Part shown: in pieces, positions 29,301-43,700 of the stretch
How positions within the stretch are numbered: position 1 is the first letter of the stretch
Layout of the letters: each line of letters starts with the position of its first letter
NCBI RefSeq assembly: GCF_009914755.1
Contig: NC_060946.1
Strand: one strand, 5' to 3'
DNA from: the human T2T-CHM13v2.0 reference genome, Homo sapiens
DNA length: 64,000 nt
Position numbers and translations under genes: made by a program
The notes under the pieces: model-generated
What the model was told of the DNA's origin: nothing
Database searches by the model: none
What the model saw: the letters and a program-made list of their open reading frames with translations, nothing else

Positions 29301-32300
29301 TTTGAATCTCTCTTTTTGTAGAATCTGCAAGTGGATATTGGGAGCCCTTTACTCCCTATGGTGGAAAAGGAAATATCTTCACATAAAAACTACACGGAAC
29401 CATTCTGAGAAACTTCTTTGTGAGGTGTGCATTCAACTCACTGAGTGGAACCTATCTTTTGATAGAGCACTTTTGAATCTCTCTTTCTGTAGCTTCTGCA
29501 AGTGGATATTTGGAGCACTGTGTGGCCTACTGTGGAGAATCAAATATGATCATATAAAAACTACACACAAGCATTTTGAGAAACTACTTTGTGTTGTGTG
29601 CCTTCAACTCACAGAACTGAACCTATGTTTAGATTGAGCAGTTTTGAATCTCTCTTTTTGCAGAAACTGCAAGTGGATTTTTGGAGTGCTGTGAGGCCTA
29701 CTGTAGAAAATCAAATATGTTCACACAAAAACTACACAGAAGCATTCTGAGAAACTACTCTGTGATGTGTGCTTTCAACTCACAGAGTTGAAGCTATCTT
29801 TTGATTGAGCAGTATTGAATCTCTCTTTTTGCAGAATCTGCAAGTGGATGATTGGAGAGCTTTGAGGTCTATTGTGCAAAAGGAAATATCTTCACATAAA
29901 AATTACACAGAAGCATTCTGAGAAATTTCTATATGAGGTGTGCATTCAACTCACTGAGTTGAACTAATCTCATTGAGCAGTTTTGATTCTCTCTTTTTGT
30001 AGAATCTGCAAGTGGAAATTTGGAGACCTTTGTGCCCTGTGGTGGAAAAGGAAATATCTTCAAATAAAAACTACACAGAAGCATTCTGAGAAACATCTCT
30101 GTGATGTGTGCATTCATCTCACAGAGTTGAACCTATGTTATGATTGAGCAGTTTTGAATCTCTCCTTTTGCAGAACCTGCAAGTGGATGTTTGGAGAGCT
30201 TTGAGGCCTATTGTGGAAAAGGAAATATCTTCACATAAAAACTACATAGAAGCATTATGAGAAGCTTCTTTTTGAGATGTGCATTCAACTCACAGAGTTG
30301 AAATTATCTTCTGATTGAGCAGTTTTGAATCTCCCTTTTTGTAGAATCTGCAAGTGGATATTAGGAGCCCTTTGCGCCCTTTGGTGGAAAAGGAAAAATC
30401 TTCAAATAAAAGCTACACAGAAGCATTCAGGGAAACTTATTTGGGATGTGTGCACTCAACTCACAGTGTTGAACGTAACTTTTGACTGAGCAGTTTTGAA
30501 TCTCTCTTTTTGCACATTCTGCAAGTAGATATTTGGAGCCGTTTGCGGCCTATGGTGGAAAAGGAAATACCTTCAAAGAATAACTAAACAGAAACATTTT
30601 GAGAAACTTCTTTGTGATGTGTGCATTCATCTCACAGGTTTAAACCTATCTTATGATTGAGCAGCTTTGAAACACTCTTTTTGTGGAATCTGCAAGTGGA
30701 TGTCTGGAGCACTTTGAGGCGTACCGTGGAAAAGCAAATATCTTCAGACAAAAACTACACAAAAGCATACTGAGAAACTTCTTTGTGACGTTTGCATTCA
30801 TCTCACATGTTTGAACCTATCTTATGATTGAGCAGTTTAGAATCTCTCTTTTTGTAGAATCAGCCAGTGGATATTGGGAGCCCTTTGCATCCTATGGTGG
30901 AAAAGGAAATATCTTCAGATAAAAACTACACAGAAGCATTCTCAGAAACTTCTTGGTGATGTGTGCTTTCAACTCACAGAGTTGAACCTATCTTTTGATG
31001 GAGCAGTTTTGAATCTCTCTTTTTGTGGAATCTGCAAGTGGATTTTTAGAGGGCTGTGAGGCCTAAAGTGGAAAATCAAATATGTTCACATAAAAACTAC
31101 ACAGAAGCATTCAGAGAAACTACTTTGTGATGTGTGCATTTAACTCACAGAGCTGAACCTAACTTTTGATTGAGCAGTTTTGAATCTCTTTTTTTGCAGA
31201 ATCTGCAAGTGCATGTCTGGAGTGCTTTGAGGCCTATTGTGGAAAAGGAAATACCTTCACATAAAAACTACACAGAAGCATTCTGAGAAACTTCTTCGTG
31301 AGGTGTGCACTCAATTCACAGAGTTGAAGTTATCTTCTAATTGAGCTGTTTTGAATCTCTCTTTTTGTAGTATCTGCAAGTGGATATTTGGAGCCATTTG
31401 TGCCCTGTGGTGGAAAAGGATATATCTTCAAATAAACACTACACAGAAGCATTCGGGGAAACTTCTTTGTCATGAGTGCATTCAACTCACAGAGTTGAAC
31501 CTGTCTTTTGATAGAGCAGTTTTGAATCTTTCTTTTTGCAGAATCTGCAAGTGGATATTTGGAGCACTTTGTGGCCTGTGGTGGAAAAGCAAATATCTTC
31601 TCATAAAATCTACACAGAAGCATTCTGAGAAACTTCTTTGGGATGTGTTCATTCAACTCACAGAGTTGAACATGTCTTTTGATTGAGCAGTTTTGAATCT
31701 CTCTTTTTGTAGAATCTGCAAGTCGGTAATTGGAGCCCTTTGGGCCTATGGTGGAAAAGGAAATATCTTCAAATGAAAAATACACAGAAAAATCCTGAGA
31801 AACTTCTTTGTGATGTGTGCATTCATTTAACAGGGTTAAACCCATCTTATGATTGGGTAGTTTTGAAACACTGTTTTTGTAGAAACTGCAACTGGATATT
31901 TGGAGCAGTTTGAGCCCTACTGGGGGAAAACAAATATCTTCAGATAACAACTTCACTGAAGCACTCTGAGAAACTTCTTTGGATGAGTGCATTCTTTTCA
32001 CAGAGTTGAACATTTCTTTTGTTAGAGCTGTTTTGAAACACTCTTTTTCTACAATCTTGGAGTGGATAATTTGAGCCCTTGGAGGCCTATTGTGGAAAAG
32101 GAAATATCTTCTCATAAAAACTACACAGCAGCAGTCTGAGAAACTTCTTTGGGATGTGTGCATTCATCTCACAGAGTTGAACCTTTCTTTTGGTTGAGCA
32201 GTTTCAAAACACTCTTTTTGTAGAATCTGCAAGTGGATCATTGGAGCCCTTTGAGGCCTATTGTGGAAAAGGAAATATCTTCACATAAAAACTACTCAGA

Positions 32301-34757
32301 AACATTCTGAGAAGCTTCTTTGTGATGCGTGCATTCAACTCGCAGAGGTGAACTTATCTTTTGATTGAGCAGATTTGAATTTCTCGTTTTGTAGAGTCTG
32401 CAAATGGATATTTGGAGCCCTTTGCACCCTATGGTGGAAAAGGAAATATCTTCAAATAAAAACTACACAGAAACATTCTCAGAAACCTCTTCATTGTGTG
32501 TGCATTCATCCCACAGAGTTGAAGCTTTCTTTTGATTGAACAGTTTTGAAACACTCTTTTTGTAGAATCTGCAAGTGGACATTTGGAGCCCCTTGAGGTC
32601 TATTGTGGCATAGGAAATATCTTCACATGAAAGCTACATGGAAGCATTCTGAGAAACTTCTTTGGGATGTGTGATTTCAATTCACAGGTTCGAACCTATC
32701 ATCTTATTAAGCCGTTTTGAATCTCTCTTTTTGCAAAATCTGCAATTGGATATTTGGAGCCCTTTGCATCCTATAGTGGAAACGGAAATATCTTCAAGTA
32801 AAAACTACATAGAAACATTCTCAGAAACTTCTTTGTGATGTGTGCATTCATCTCAAAGTTTTGAGGCTGTCTTATGATTGAGTAGTTTTGAAACACTCTT
32901 TTTGTAGAATCTGCAGCTGGAAATTTTGATCGCTTTGAGGCCTGCCATGGAAAAGCAAGAAACTTCAGATAAAAACGGCATAGAAGCATTCTGAGAAACT
33001 TCTTTGTGATGTGTGCATTCATTTCACAGAGTTAAAACTTTCTTTTGATTGATCAGTTTTGAAACACTCTTTTTGTAGAATCTTCAAGTGCATATATGCA
33101 GCCCTTTGATGCCTATTGTGGAAAAGAAAATATTTTCACATAAAAACTACACAAAAGCATTCTGAGAAACTTCTTTGTGAGGTGTGCATTCAACTCACAG
33201 ATTGAACTTATCTCATTGAGAAGTTTTGAAACACTCTTTTTGTAGAATCTGCAAGTGGATATTTGGAGCGCTGTGAGGCCTACTGTGGAAAAGGAAATAT
33301 CTTCACATAAAAATTACACAGAAGCATTCTGACAACTTTCTTTGTGATGCGTGCATTCATCTCACAGGGTTGAAACTTTCTTTTCATTGAGCAGTTTTGA
33401 AACACTCTTTTTGAAGAATCTTCAATTGGATAATTGGAGACCTTTGAGGCCTACTGTGGAAAAGGACATATCTTTACATAAAAACTACACAGAAGCATTC
33501 TGAGAAACTTCTTGGTGATGTGTGCATTCAAAACACAGAGTTTAAACTTTCTTTTGATTGAGCAGTTTTGAATCTCACTTTTTGCCACGTCTGCAAGTGG
33601 ATGTTTGGAGAGCTTTGAAGTGTATTGTGGAAAAGGAAATATCTTCAAATAAAAACTACACATAAGCATTCTGAGAAACTTCTTTGTGATGGGTGCATTC
33701 AACTTACAGAGGTGAACCTATCCTTAGGTTGAGCAGTTTAGAATCTATCTTTTTTGTAGGATCTGCAAGTGGAAATTTGGAACCCTTTTCCCTCTGTGGT
33801 GAAAAAGGAAATATCTTCAAATAAAAACTACACAGATGCATTCTCAAAAACTTCTTCATGATGTATGCATTCAACTTACTGAGTTGAAACTTTCTTTTGA
33901 TTTCACAGTTTTGAATCTCTCTTTTTGCAGAATCTGCAGGTGGATATTTGGAGCCCTTTGTGGCCCATTGTGGAAAAGGAAATATCTTCAAATAAAAACT
34001 GCATGGAAACTTAGTGAGAAACTTCTTGGTTATGTGTTCATTCATCTCACAGGGTAAAACTTATCTTATGATTGACTAGTTTTGAAACAGTCTTTTTGTA
34101 GAGTCTGCAACTGGATATTTGGAGAGCTTTGAGGCCTACCATAGAAAAACTAATATCTTTAGATAAAAACTATATAGAAGCATTCTGAGAAACTTCTTTG
34201 TGATGTGTGCATTTATCTCACAGAGTTGAAACATTCTTTTGGTTGAGCAGTTTTGAAACACTCTTTTTGTAGAATCTGCAAGTGGATATTTGTAGCCCTC
34301 AGAGGCCTATAGTGGAAAAGGAAATATCTTCACATAAAAACTACACAGAAACATTATGAGAAACTACTTTGTGATATGTGCATTCATCTAACACAGTTGA
34401 ACTACTCTTTTGATTGAGCAGTATTGAAAGACTCTTTTTGTAGAATCTGTAAGTGGATAATTGGAGACCTTTGAGGCCTATTATGGAAAAGGAAATATAT
34501 TCACATAAAAACTACTCAGAAGCATTCTGACAAACTCCTTTCACATGTGTGCATTAAACTCACAGAGTTGAACCTATCTTTTGATTGAGCAGCTTAGAAT
34601 CTCTCTTTTTATAAAATCTGCAAGTGAATATTTGGAGCTCCTTGTGCCGTATGGTGGAAAAGGAAATATCTTCAAATAAAAACTACACAGAAGCATTCTG
34701 AGAACTTCTTCATGATGTGTGCATTCAACTCACAGGGTTGAATGTATATTTTGAATG
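26315..34757. repeat. Alpha satellite, about 49 diverged ~171-bp monomers, A-type (M1/SF4-like), no CENP-B boxes
   Basis: aaaaactacacagaagcattctgagaaacttctttgtgatgtgtgcattcaactcacagagttgaac recurs every ~171 bp in one orientation. The box position reads cctatt/atggtggaaaaggaaata; no TTCG....A..CGGG motif was seen. Confidence 0.97.
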
Positions 34758-37700
34758 AATGGAATTGACTCGAATGGAGTTGGCACAAAAGGATTGGACT
34801 CGAATGGAATGGAATGGAATGGAATGGAATGGACTCAAATGGAATGGACTTGAATGGAATGGAATGGAATGGAATGGAATGGAATGGAATGGAATGGAAA
34901 GGAATGGTATGGAAGGGAATGGAATCAAGTGCAATAGAATGGAATGGAATGGAAAGAAATGGAATAGAAAGAAATGGAATGGATTGGACTCAAATGGAAT
35001 GGAATGGTATGGAATGGACTCGAATGGAATGCAATGGAATGGATTGGATTCAAATGCAATGAAATGGGGTCGAATGCAATGGAATGGAATGGAATGGATT
35101 GGTATAGAATGCAATGGAGTGGATAGGAATGGACTGGAATCAAATGGGATGGAATGAAATGGACTCGAATGGAAGGGAATAGATTTGAATGGAATGGAAT
35201 GGAATGGTCTCGAATGGATTGGAATAAACTGGAATGGAATCAAAGGGAATAGAATGGACTTGAATGGAATGTAATGAAATGGAATGCACTCGCATGGAAT
35301 GGAAGGGAATGGACTCTAACGGAATTTAATGGAATGGAAATGAATTGAATGTATTCAAATGTAATTTAATGGATTGGAAAGGACACGAATATAATGGAAT
35401 GGAATGGAATGGACTCGAATGGAATGGAATGGAATGGGTTGCAAGGGACTCGAATTGAATAGAATGGAAACGAATGGACTCTAATGGAATGGATTGGAAA
35501 GGAATGGTATTTAATGGATTGAAAATCCATAGAATGGAATGGTCTCCAGTGGAAATATCATCGAATAGATGTGTATGGAATCATCATCGAACGGTCACGA
35601 ATGGAAAAAACATTGAATGGACTCGAATGGTATCAATATCGAATGGACTCGGAAGGAATCCTTATCGAATGGACTTGAAAGGAAAAATCATCAAAAGGAC
35701 TCGAATGGAAACGTCAGTGAATGGAAGGGGATGGAATGGAAAGGAACAGAATGGAATGGAGTCGAATGGAATGGAAAGCAATGGAAGGGAGTCGAAAGGA
35801 ATGGACTGTAATGGAATAAAATCACAAAGAATGGAAGGGAATTGTCTCGAAAGGATTGGAATGGAAAGGAATGGGCTCGAATGGAATGAAATGGACACGA
35901 ATGGAAAGGAATGGAATGGAATGGACTCGAATGGCACACAATGGAATTTAAAGGAATGGTCTCTAAAGGAATGGAATGGAAGGGACTCGAATGCAATCGA
36001 ATAGAGTGGACTCGAATGGAATAGAATGCAATGGACTCGAATGGAATGGAATGCAATGGGCTCCAAAGGAAAAGAATGGAATGGAATTGAATGGAATGGA
36101 CTGGAATGGAATGGACTCCAAAGGAATGGAATGGAATGGACTCGAATGGAATGGAATGGACCCGAACGAAATGCAATGGAACGGAATGGAATGGAATGGA
36201 ATGGAATAGAATGGAATAGAATTAAATGGACTGGAATGGTATGGACTCGAAAGGAAAAGAATGGAATGGACTTGAATGGAATGAACTGGAATGGAATGGA
36301 CTAAAAAGGAATGGAATGGAATGCAGTCAAATGGAATGGAATGGACCCGAATGGAATGGATTGCAATCCAATGGAATGGAATGGAATGGAATGGAATGCA
36401 ATGGAATGGAATGGAATGGAATGGAATGCGATGGGATGGAATGGAATGGAATGGGATGGAATGCACTGAAATGCAATGGAATGATATTGAATAGAATGGA
36501 CTTCAATGGAAGAGAATGGAATGGAGTGGAATGGACTCGAAAGGAATGGAATGGAATGGACTCAAATGGAATGGAATGGACACGAATGTAACGGAATGGA
36601 ATTTAATGGAGTGAAATGGAATACAATGGAACTTAATGGAATGGACTCTAAAGGAATGGAATGGACTCAATGGAATGGAATGGAATGGAATGGAATGGAA
36701 TGGAATGGACTCGAATGGAAAGGAAAGCATATGAATGGAAAGGAATGGATTTGAAAGGAATGGAATGCATTTAAATTGAATGGACACTAATTGAATGGAA
36801 TCTAATGGAATTGAATGGAATGGACTCGAATGGAATAGAGTGGAATGGACTTGAATGGAATGGACTGGAAACGAATGGAATGGACTCCAGTGGAACGGAA
36901 TGGAATAGACTCAAATGGAATGGAATGGACAAGAATGCAATGCAATGGAATGGAATGGAATGGAATGGAATGTACTGGAATGCAATGCAATGGAATGGAA
37001 TGGAATGCAATGGAATGGTATTGAATGGAACGGACATCAATGGAAGAGAATGGAATGGAGTGGAATGGACTCCAAAGGATTGGAATGGAATGGACTCGAA
37101 TGGAACGGAATGGACACTAATGGAACGGAATGGACACGAATGGAACGGAATGGAAAGGAATGGACTTAAATGGAATACAATGGAATTTAATGGAATGGTC
37201 TCTAAAGCAAAGGAATGGACTTGAAAGGGATCGAATGGAATGGAATTGACTAGAGCGGAATGCAATGGAATGTACTCGAATGGAATGGAATGCATTTGAA
37301 TGGAATGGAATGGACTCGAATGGAATGGAATGCATATCAAATTGAATGGAATCTAATGGAATGGAATGGAATGGAATCAAATGGAAAAGAATAGAATGGA
37401 CTCGAATGGAATGCAATAGAGTGGACTAGAATGGAATGGAATTGAATGGACTCAAATGGAATGGAACGGAAATGAATGGTCTCGAAAGGAATGGAATGGA
37501 ATGGAATGGAATGCACAGGAATGGAATGGAAAGGAATTTATTCGAATGGAATAGAATGGAAAGGACCCGAATGGAATGGAATGGAATGGTCCCAAATGGA
37601 ATGGAATGGAATGGAATGGAATTGACTCGAATGGAATGGAATTCAGTGGAGTGGACACGAATGGAATAAAATGGAATGAAAAGGAATGCACTTGAAAGGA

Positions 37701-40700
37701 ATTTAATGGACGTGAATGGAATGGGCTGGAAAGGAATGGACAAAAATGGAATGGAATGCAAACGACTCAAATGGAAGAGAATGGAATGGAATGGACTCGA
37801 AAGGAATGGAATCGAATAGAATGGAAAACAATGGAATGGAACGGAATGGACTAGATTAGAATGGAAAGGAAAGGACTTGATTGGAATGGAATGGAAGGGA
37901 ATGGACTCGAATGGAATGGAATGGAATGGACTCAAATGGAATCAAATGGAATGGAACTGAATGAATGGAATGCAATGGAGTAAAATGGAATGGAATAGTA
38001 TGGAATGGAATGGACATGAAAGAAAGAGTGGAATGGACTTGAAAGGAATGGAATGGAATGGACTCAAATGGAATACAAAGGAATTTAATGGAATTGTCCT
38101 TAATGGAATGGAATGGACTTGAAAGGATGAGAATGAAATGGAGTGAAATGGACTCGAAAGGAATGGAATGGAATGGACTCAAATGGAATACAATGGAATT
38201 TAATGGACTTGTCCCTAATGGAATGGAATGGATTTGAATGGAATGGACTCAAATGGAAAGGAATGCAATGGAATGAAGTCAAATGGAATGGAATGGAATG
38301 GACTTGAATGGAATGGAATGCAACTGAATGGTACTGAAAGGAATGAAAAGGAATGCATTGGTATGGACTCGAAAGGAATGGAATGGAATGGAATATAATG
38401 CAATGTAATGGAATTGAATGGTCTCGAAAGGAATGGAATGGAATGCAATGGAATGGACTCGAATTGAATGCAAGGGAATTGATTCGAATAGAACTGAATG
38501 GAATGGACTCGAATGGAATAGAATGGAATGGACTCAAATGGAATGGAGTGGAATGGAATGAACTCAAATGGAATGGCATGGAATGGAATGGAGTCGAACG
38601 GAATACAGTGGAATGGAATGGACTCGAATGGAATTCAAAGGAATGGAATGGAACAGAATGGAATGCAATGTAATGGAATGGATTCGAAAGGAATGGAATG
38701 CAATGGAATGAAATGCAATGTAATGCAATGGAATGGACTCGAATGGAATCAAAAGGATGGCAACTGAATTGAATGGACACGAAAGGAATGGAATGGAATG
38801 GAATGGAATGGAATAGAATAGAATGGAATGGGTTGGACTCGAATGGAATGGAATATAATATACAAAAATGGAATGCAATGACCTCGAATGGAATGGAATG
38901 GTATGGAATCAACTCGAGGGGAATTTAATGGAATGGAATGAAATCGAATGGAATGGACTGGAATGGAATGGGATGGAATGGACTCGAATGGAATGGGGAG
39001 GAATGGAATGGAATCGAGTAAAATGGAACGGAAAGGATTCAAATGGAATAGCATGGAATGAAATGGACTCAAATGCAATGGAATGAAATGGACTCGACTG
39101 GAATGGAATGGATTCAAATGGAACAGAAAGGAATGGAATGGACTCGAGCGGAATACAGTGGAACGGAATGGAATCAAATGGAATGGAAAGGAATGGACTC
39201 GAATGGAATAGAATGCAAAGAGCACAAATGGAATGAAGTGGAAAGGAATTTACTCAAATGGAATGGAGTGGAATGCAATAGAATGGAATGGAATGGACTT
39301 GAATGGAATAAAATAGAATGGACTCGAATGGAATGGAATGCAATGGATCTAATGGAATGGAATGGAATTCAATAGAATGTACCAGAATTGAATAGAATGG
39401 AAAGGAATGGACTCAAATAGAATAGAATGGAATGGAAACGAGAGGAATGGAGTGGAATGGAATGGACTCAAATTGAATGAAGTGGAATGGACTCGAATTT
39501 AATCAAATTGAATTGAATTGACTCGAATGGAATGGAAAGGAGCGGAATGGAATAGACTCGATTGGAATGGAATGGAATGGACTCGAATTGAATGGAATGG
39601 AATGGACACGAATGGAATGGAATCGAATGGAAAGGAATGGAATGGAATGGAGTGGACTGGGATGGAATGGTATGGTATGGAAGGGAGTGAAATTGAATGG
39701 AAGAGAACGGAATGGAGTGGAATGGACTTGAAAGGAATGGAGTGGAAAGGAATCGAATGGAATACAATGGAATTTAATGGAATGGCCTCCAATGGAATGA
39801 AATGGAATGGACTCGAAAGGAATGGACTCGAATGGAATGGAATGGAATGGAACGGAATGGAATGGAACGGAATGGAGTGGAGTGGAATGGAGTGGAGTGG
39901 AATGGAGTGGAATGGAATGGAATGGAGTGGAATGGAATAGAACGGAATTGTATGGAATTGAATGGACTTAAATGGCACAGAATGGAATGGAATCAAATGG
40001 ACTCGAAAGGAATGGAATTGAATGTGCTCGAATGGAATGGAATGGACAGGCATGGAATGGAATGGAATGGACTTGATTGTAATGGAATAGAATGGACTCG
40101 AATGGAAAAGAATGTAACGGATTCTAATGGAATGGAGTGGAATGGAATGGACTCGAATGGAAAGGAGTGGAATGGAATCGAATGTAATGGAATGGAATTG
40201 AATGGACTAGAATGGAATGGAATGTAGAGGAATAGAATTTTATGGAATGAAATGGAATGGAAAGGAATGGAAAAATGGACTGGAATGGAATGGAATGGAC
40301 TGGAATAGAATGGACTCGAAGGGAATGGAATGGAATAGAATTGAATGAAATGTAATGGACTCGAATGCAATGAAATGAAATAAAATTGAATGGACACTAA
40401 TGAAATGGAATCTAATGTAGTAAAATAGAATGGACTTGAATGGAATAGAATGGAATGGACTCGATTGGAATAGAATGGAACGGAGGGTACTCGAATGGAA
40501 TGGAATGGAATGGAATGGAATGGAATGGAATGGAATATAGTGGAATACAATGGAATGGACTCGAATGGAATGGAATTGAATGGAATGCACTCACATGGAA
40601 TGGAATGGACTTGAATGGAATGGACTCAAAAGAAATGGAATGGAATGGAATGGATTGTACACAAATTGATTGGAATGCAATTGAAATGGACTCGAATGGA

Positions 40701-43700
40701 ATGGACTCAAATGGAATGGAATGGAATTGAACGGACTAGAAACGAATGGAATGGAATGAAATGGAATGGAAAGGAATGGAATAGAATGGAAGGGAATGGA
40801 ATGGACTCGAATGGAATGGAATGAAGTCGAATGGAATGGAAAGGAAGCGAATGGAATAGAAGGGAATGGATTCAACTCGAGTGGAATGCAATGGAATGGA
40901 ATGGAATGGGACAGAATGGAATGTACTCGAATTTAATGGAATGGAATTGAATGGACGCGAATGGAATGGAATGGGATGAAACAGAATGAATGGAATGCAA
41001 TGGAATGGACACAAATGGAATGGAATGGAATGGAATGGAATGGAATGGAATGGAATGGAATGGATGGGTCTGAAATGGAATGGAATGGTTTCGAAAAGAA
41101 TGGAATGAAATGGAATGGACTCGAATGGAATGGGATGGAAAGGAATCGAGTGGAATGCAATGGGCTCGAATGGAATGGAATGAACCCGAATGGAATGGAA
41201 AGGAATGGAATGGAATGGAATGCAATGGTATGGAAAGGAATCTAATGAAATGGAATGAATTGGAATTGACTGGAATGGAAAATAATGGAATGGAGTTGAA
41301 TGGACTCGAATGGAATGGAATGGAAAGGACTCCAATGGAATGGAATGGCCTCGAACGGTAAGAAAAAGAATTTAACGGTATGGACTCTAATGGAATGGAA
41401 TCCAATGAAATAGAATGGAATGGACTCGAATGGAATAGAATGGAATGTAGTCGAATGGAATGGAACGCAATGGAATGGTCTCGAATGGAATGGATTGGAT
41501 AAGAATGGACTCAAATGGAATGGAAAGAAATGGAAGTGATTCGAATTGAATGGAATGGAATGTCCTCGAATGGAATGGAATGGACTCGAACGGAATGGAA
41601 TGGAATGGAATTGAATTGGCTCCAGTGGAATTGAACAGAATGTAATGGATTCTAATAGAATAGAATGGAATGTACTCGAATGGAATGGAGACGAATGGAG
41701 TTTACTCAAATGGAAAGAAGTGGAATGGAATCAAATGGAATGGAATGGAATGGAATGGAAAGGACTTGAAAGGAATGGAATGTAACGGAATGGAATGGAC
41801 TCGAATGAAATGGAAGTTAATGGAATGAAATTTAGTCAAATGGAGTGGAATTGAATGGAATGGACTCAAAAGGAATGGAAGTTAATGGAATGAAGTATAG
41901 TCAAATGGATTGCAACGGAGTGGAATGGACTAGAAAAGAATGGAATGGAAAGGAATGATGTCGATTGGAATGGAATGGAAAAAAATGGACCAGAATGGAA
42001 TGAAATGGGATTGAATGGAACAGAATTGAAAGTCATTTAGACTCGAACGGAGTGTAATGGAATGGACTCTAATGGAATGCATGGACTCGAAGAGAATGGA
42101 AAAGAATGGACCCAAATTGAATGGAATGGTATGGAATCGAATGGAATGGAATGGACTCTAATGGAATAGAATGGAATCAAATGGACTAGAAAGGAATGGA
42201 ATGGAATGGACTCGAATGGAATGGAATGCAATGGACCAGAATGGAATGGATTGGAATGGAATGGAATGGACTCGAATAGAATGGAATGGACTGGAATGGA
42301 ATGGAATGGAATGGACTCGAAGGGAATACAATAGAATGGACCCGAATGTAGTGGAATGGAATGGACAAGAGGGGAATGGAATGGAATGGGATTTAATGGA
42401 ACAGAACCGAATGGTATGGAATGGAATGGACTTGAATTGAATAGAATGCAATGGAACGAAATGGACTTGAAAGGAATGGAATTGAATTTACCAGAATGGA
42501 ATTGAATGGAAAGTAATGGAATGGAATTATATGGAATGGAATGGAATGGAATGGAGTGGAATGGAATGGAATGGAACACAATGGAAAGGTATGGAATGGA
42601 ATGGACGCGAAAGGAATGGAATTGAATGGACGCGAATGGAATGGAATGGAATGGACAAGAAAGTACAGTAATTTAATGTAATGGAATGGTTTGGAATGGA
42701 ATGGACAAGAGAGTATTGTAATTTAATTTAATGGAATGGTTTGGAATGGAATGAATGGAATGCAATGGACTCGAATGGAATGGAATTGAATGGAATGGAC
42801 TCAAATGTAATGGAAAGTATTGGAATGGAAGGGACTTGAATAGAATGGAATGGAATGGAACGGAATGCACACGAATGGATGTGAATGAAATGGACTCGAA
42901 TGGAATGGAATGTACTCGAATTGTACATAGAGTGGAAGGGAATGGAATGTACTCGAATATAAAGGAATGGAATGGACTCGAATGATATAAAATGGAATGG
43001 ACTCGAATCTAATGGAACAGAATGGAATGGACTCCAGTGGAGTTGAATGGAATGGACCCGAATGGAATGGAGTGGAAAGGAATGGACTCGAATGGAATGA
43101 AAAGGAATGGAACCGAATGGAATGGAATGCAATCGAATAGAATGCAATTGTATGGATTGGACTCGAACAGAATGTAATGGAATGGAATCGAGTAGAATGG
43201 AATTGACTCGAACGTAATGGAAATGATTGGACTAGAATGGAATGCAATGAAATGCAATGGAATGAAAGGAGATGGAAGGAAACGAAATGGACTTGAATGG
43301 AATGGAATGGACTCAGATAGAATGGAATGCAATGGAATGAATTGGATTCGAATGGAATGGAATGGCCTCGAATGGGATGGAATGGAATTGAACGGACTAG
43401 AAAGGAATGGAATAGAATGGAATGGAAAGTTACGGAATAGAATGGAATGGAATTGAATGGAATGGACTCGAATGGAATGGAATGGACTCGAATGGAATGG
43501 AATGGAATGAACTCGAATGAAATGGAAAGGACGCGAAAGGAATGGAATGGAAAGGAACTGACTCGAGTGGAATGGAATGCAATGGAATGTACTCGAATTT
43601 ACTGGAATGGAATTGAATGGACGCGAATGGAATGGAATGTAATGGAAACGAATGGAATGGACTCGAATGGAATGGACTCGAATGGAATGGAATGGAATGG

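Noticed and set aside
26315-34757. Active centromeric higher-order array or CENP-B boxes
   Set aside because: The monomers are strongly diverged and I found no TTCG....A..CGGG motif. The closest, ctatagtggaaacggaaa (~32771), lacks the core.
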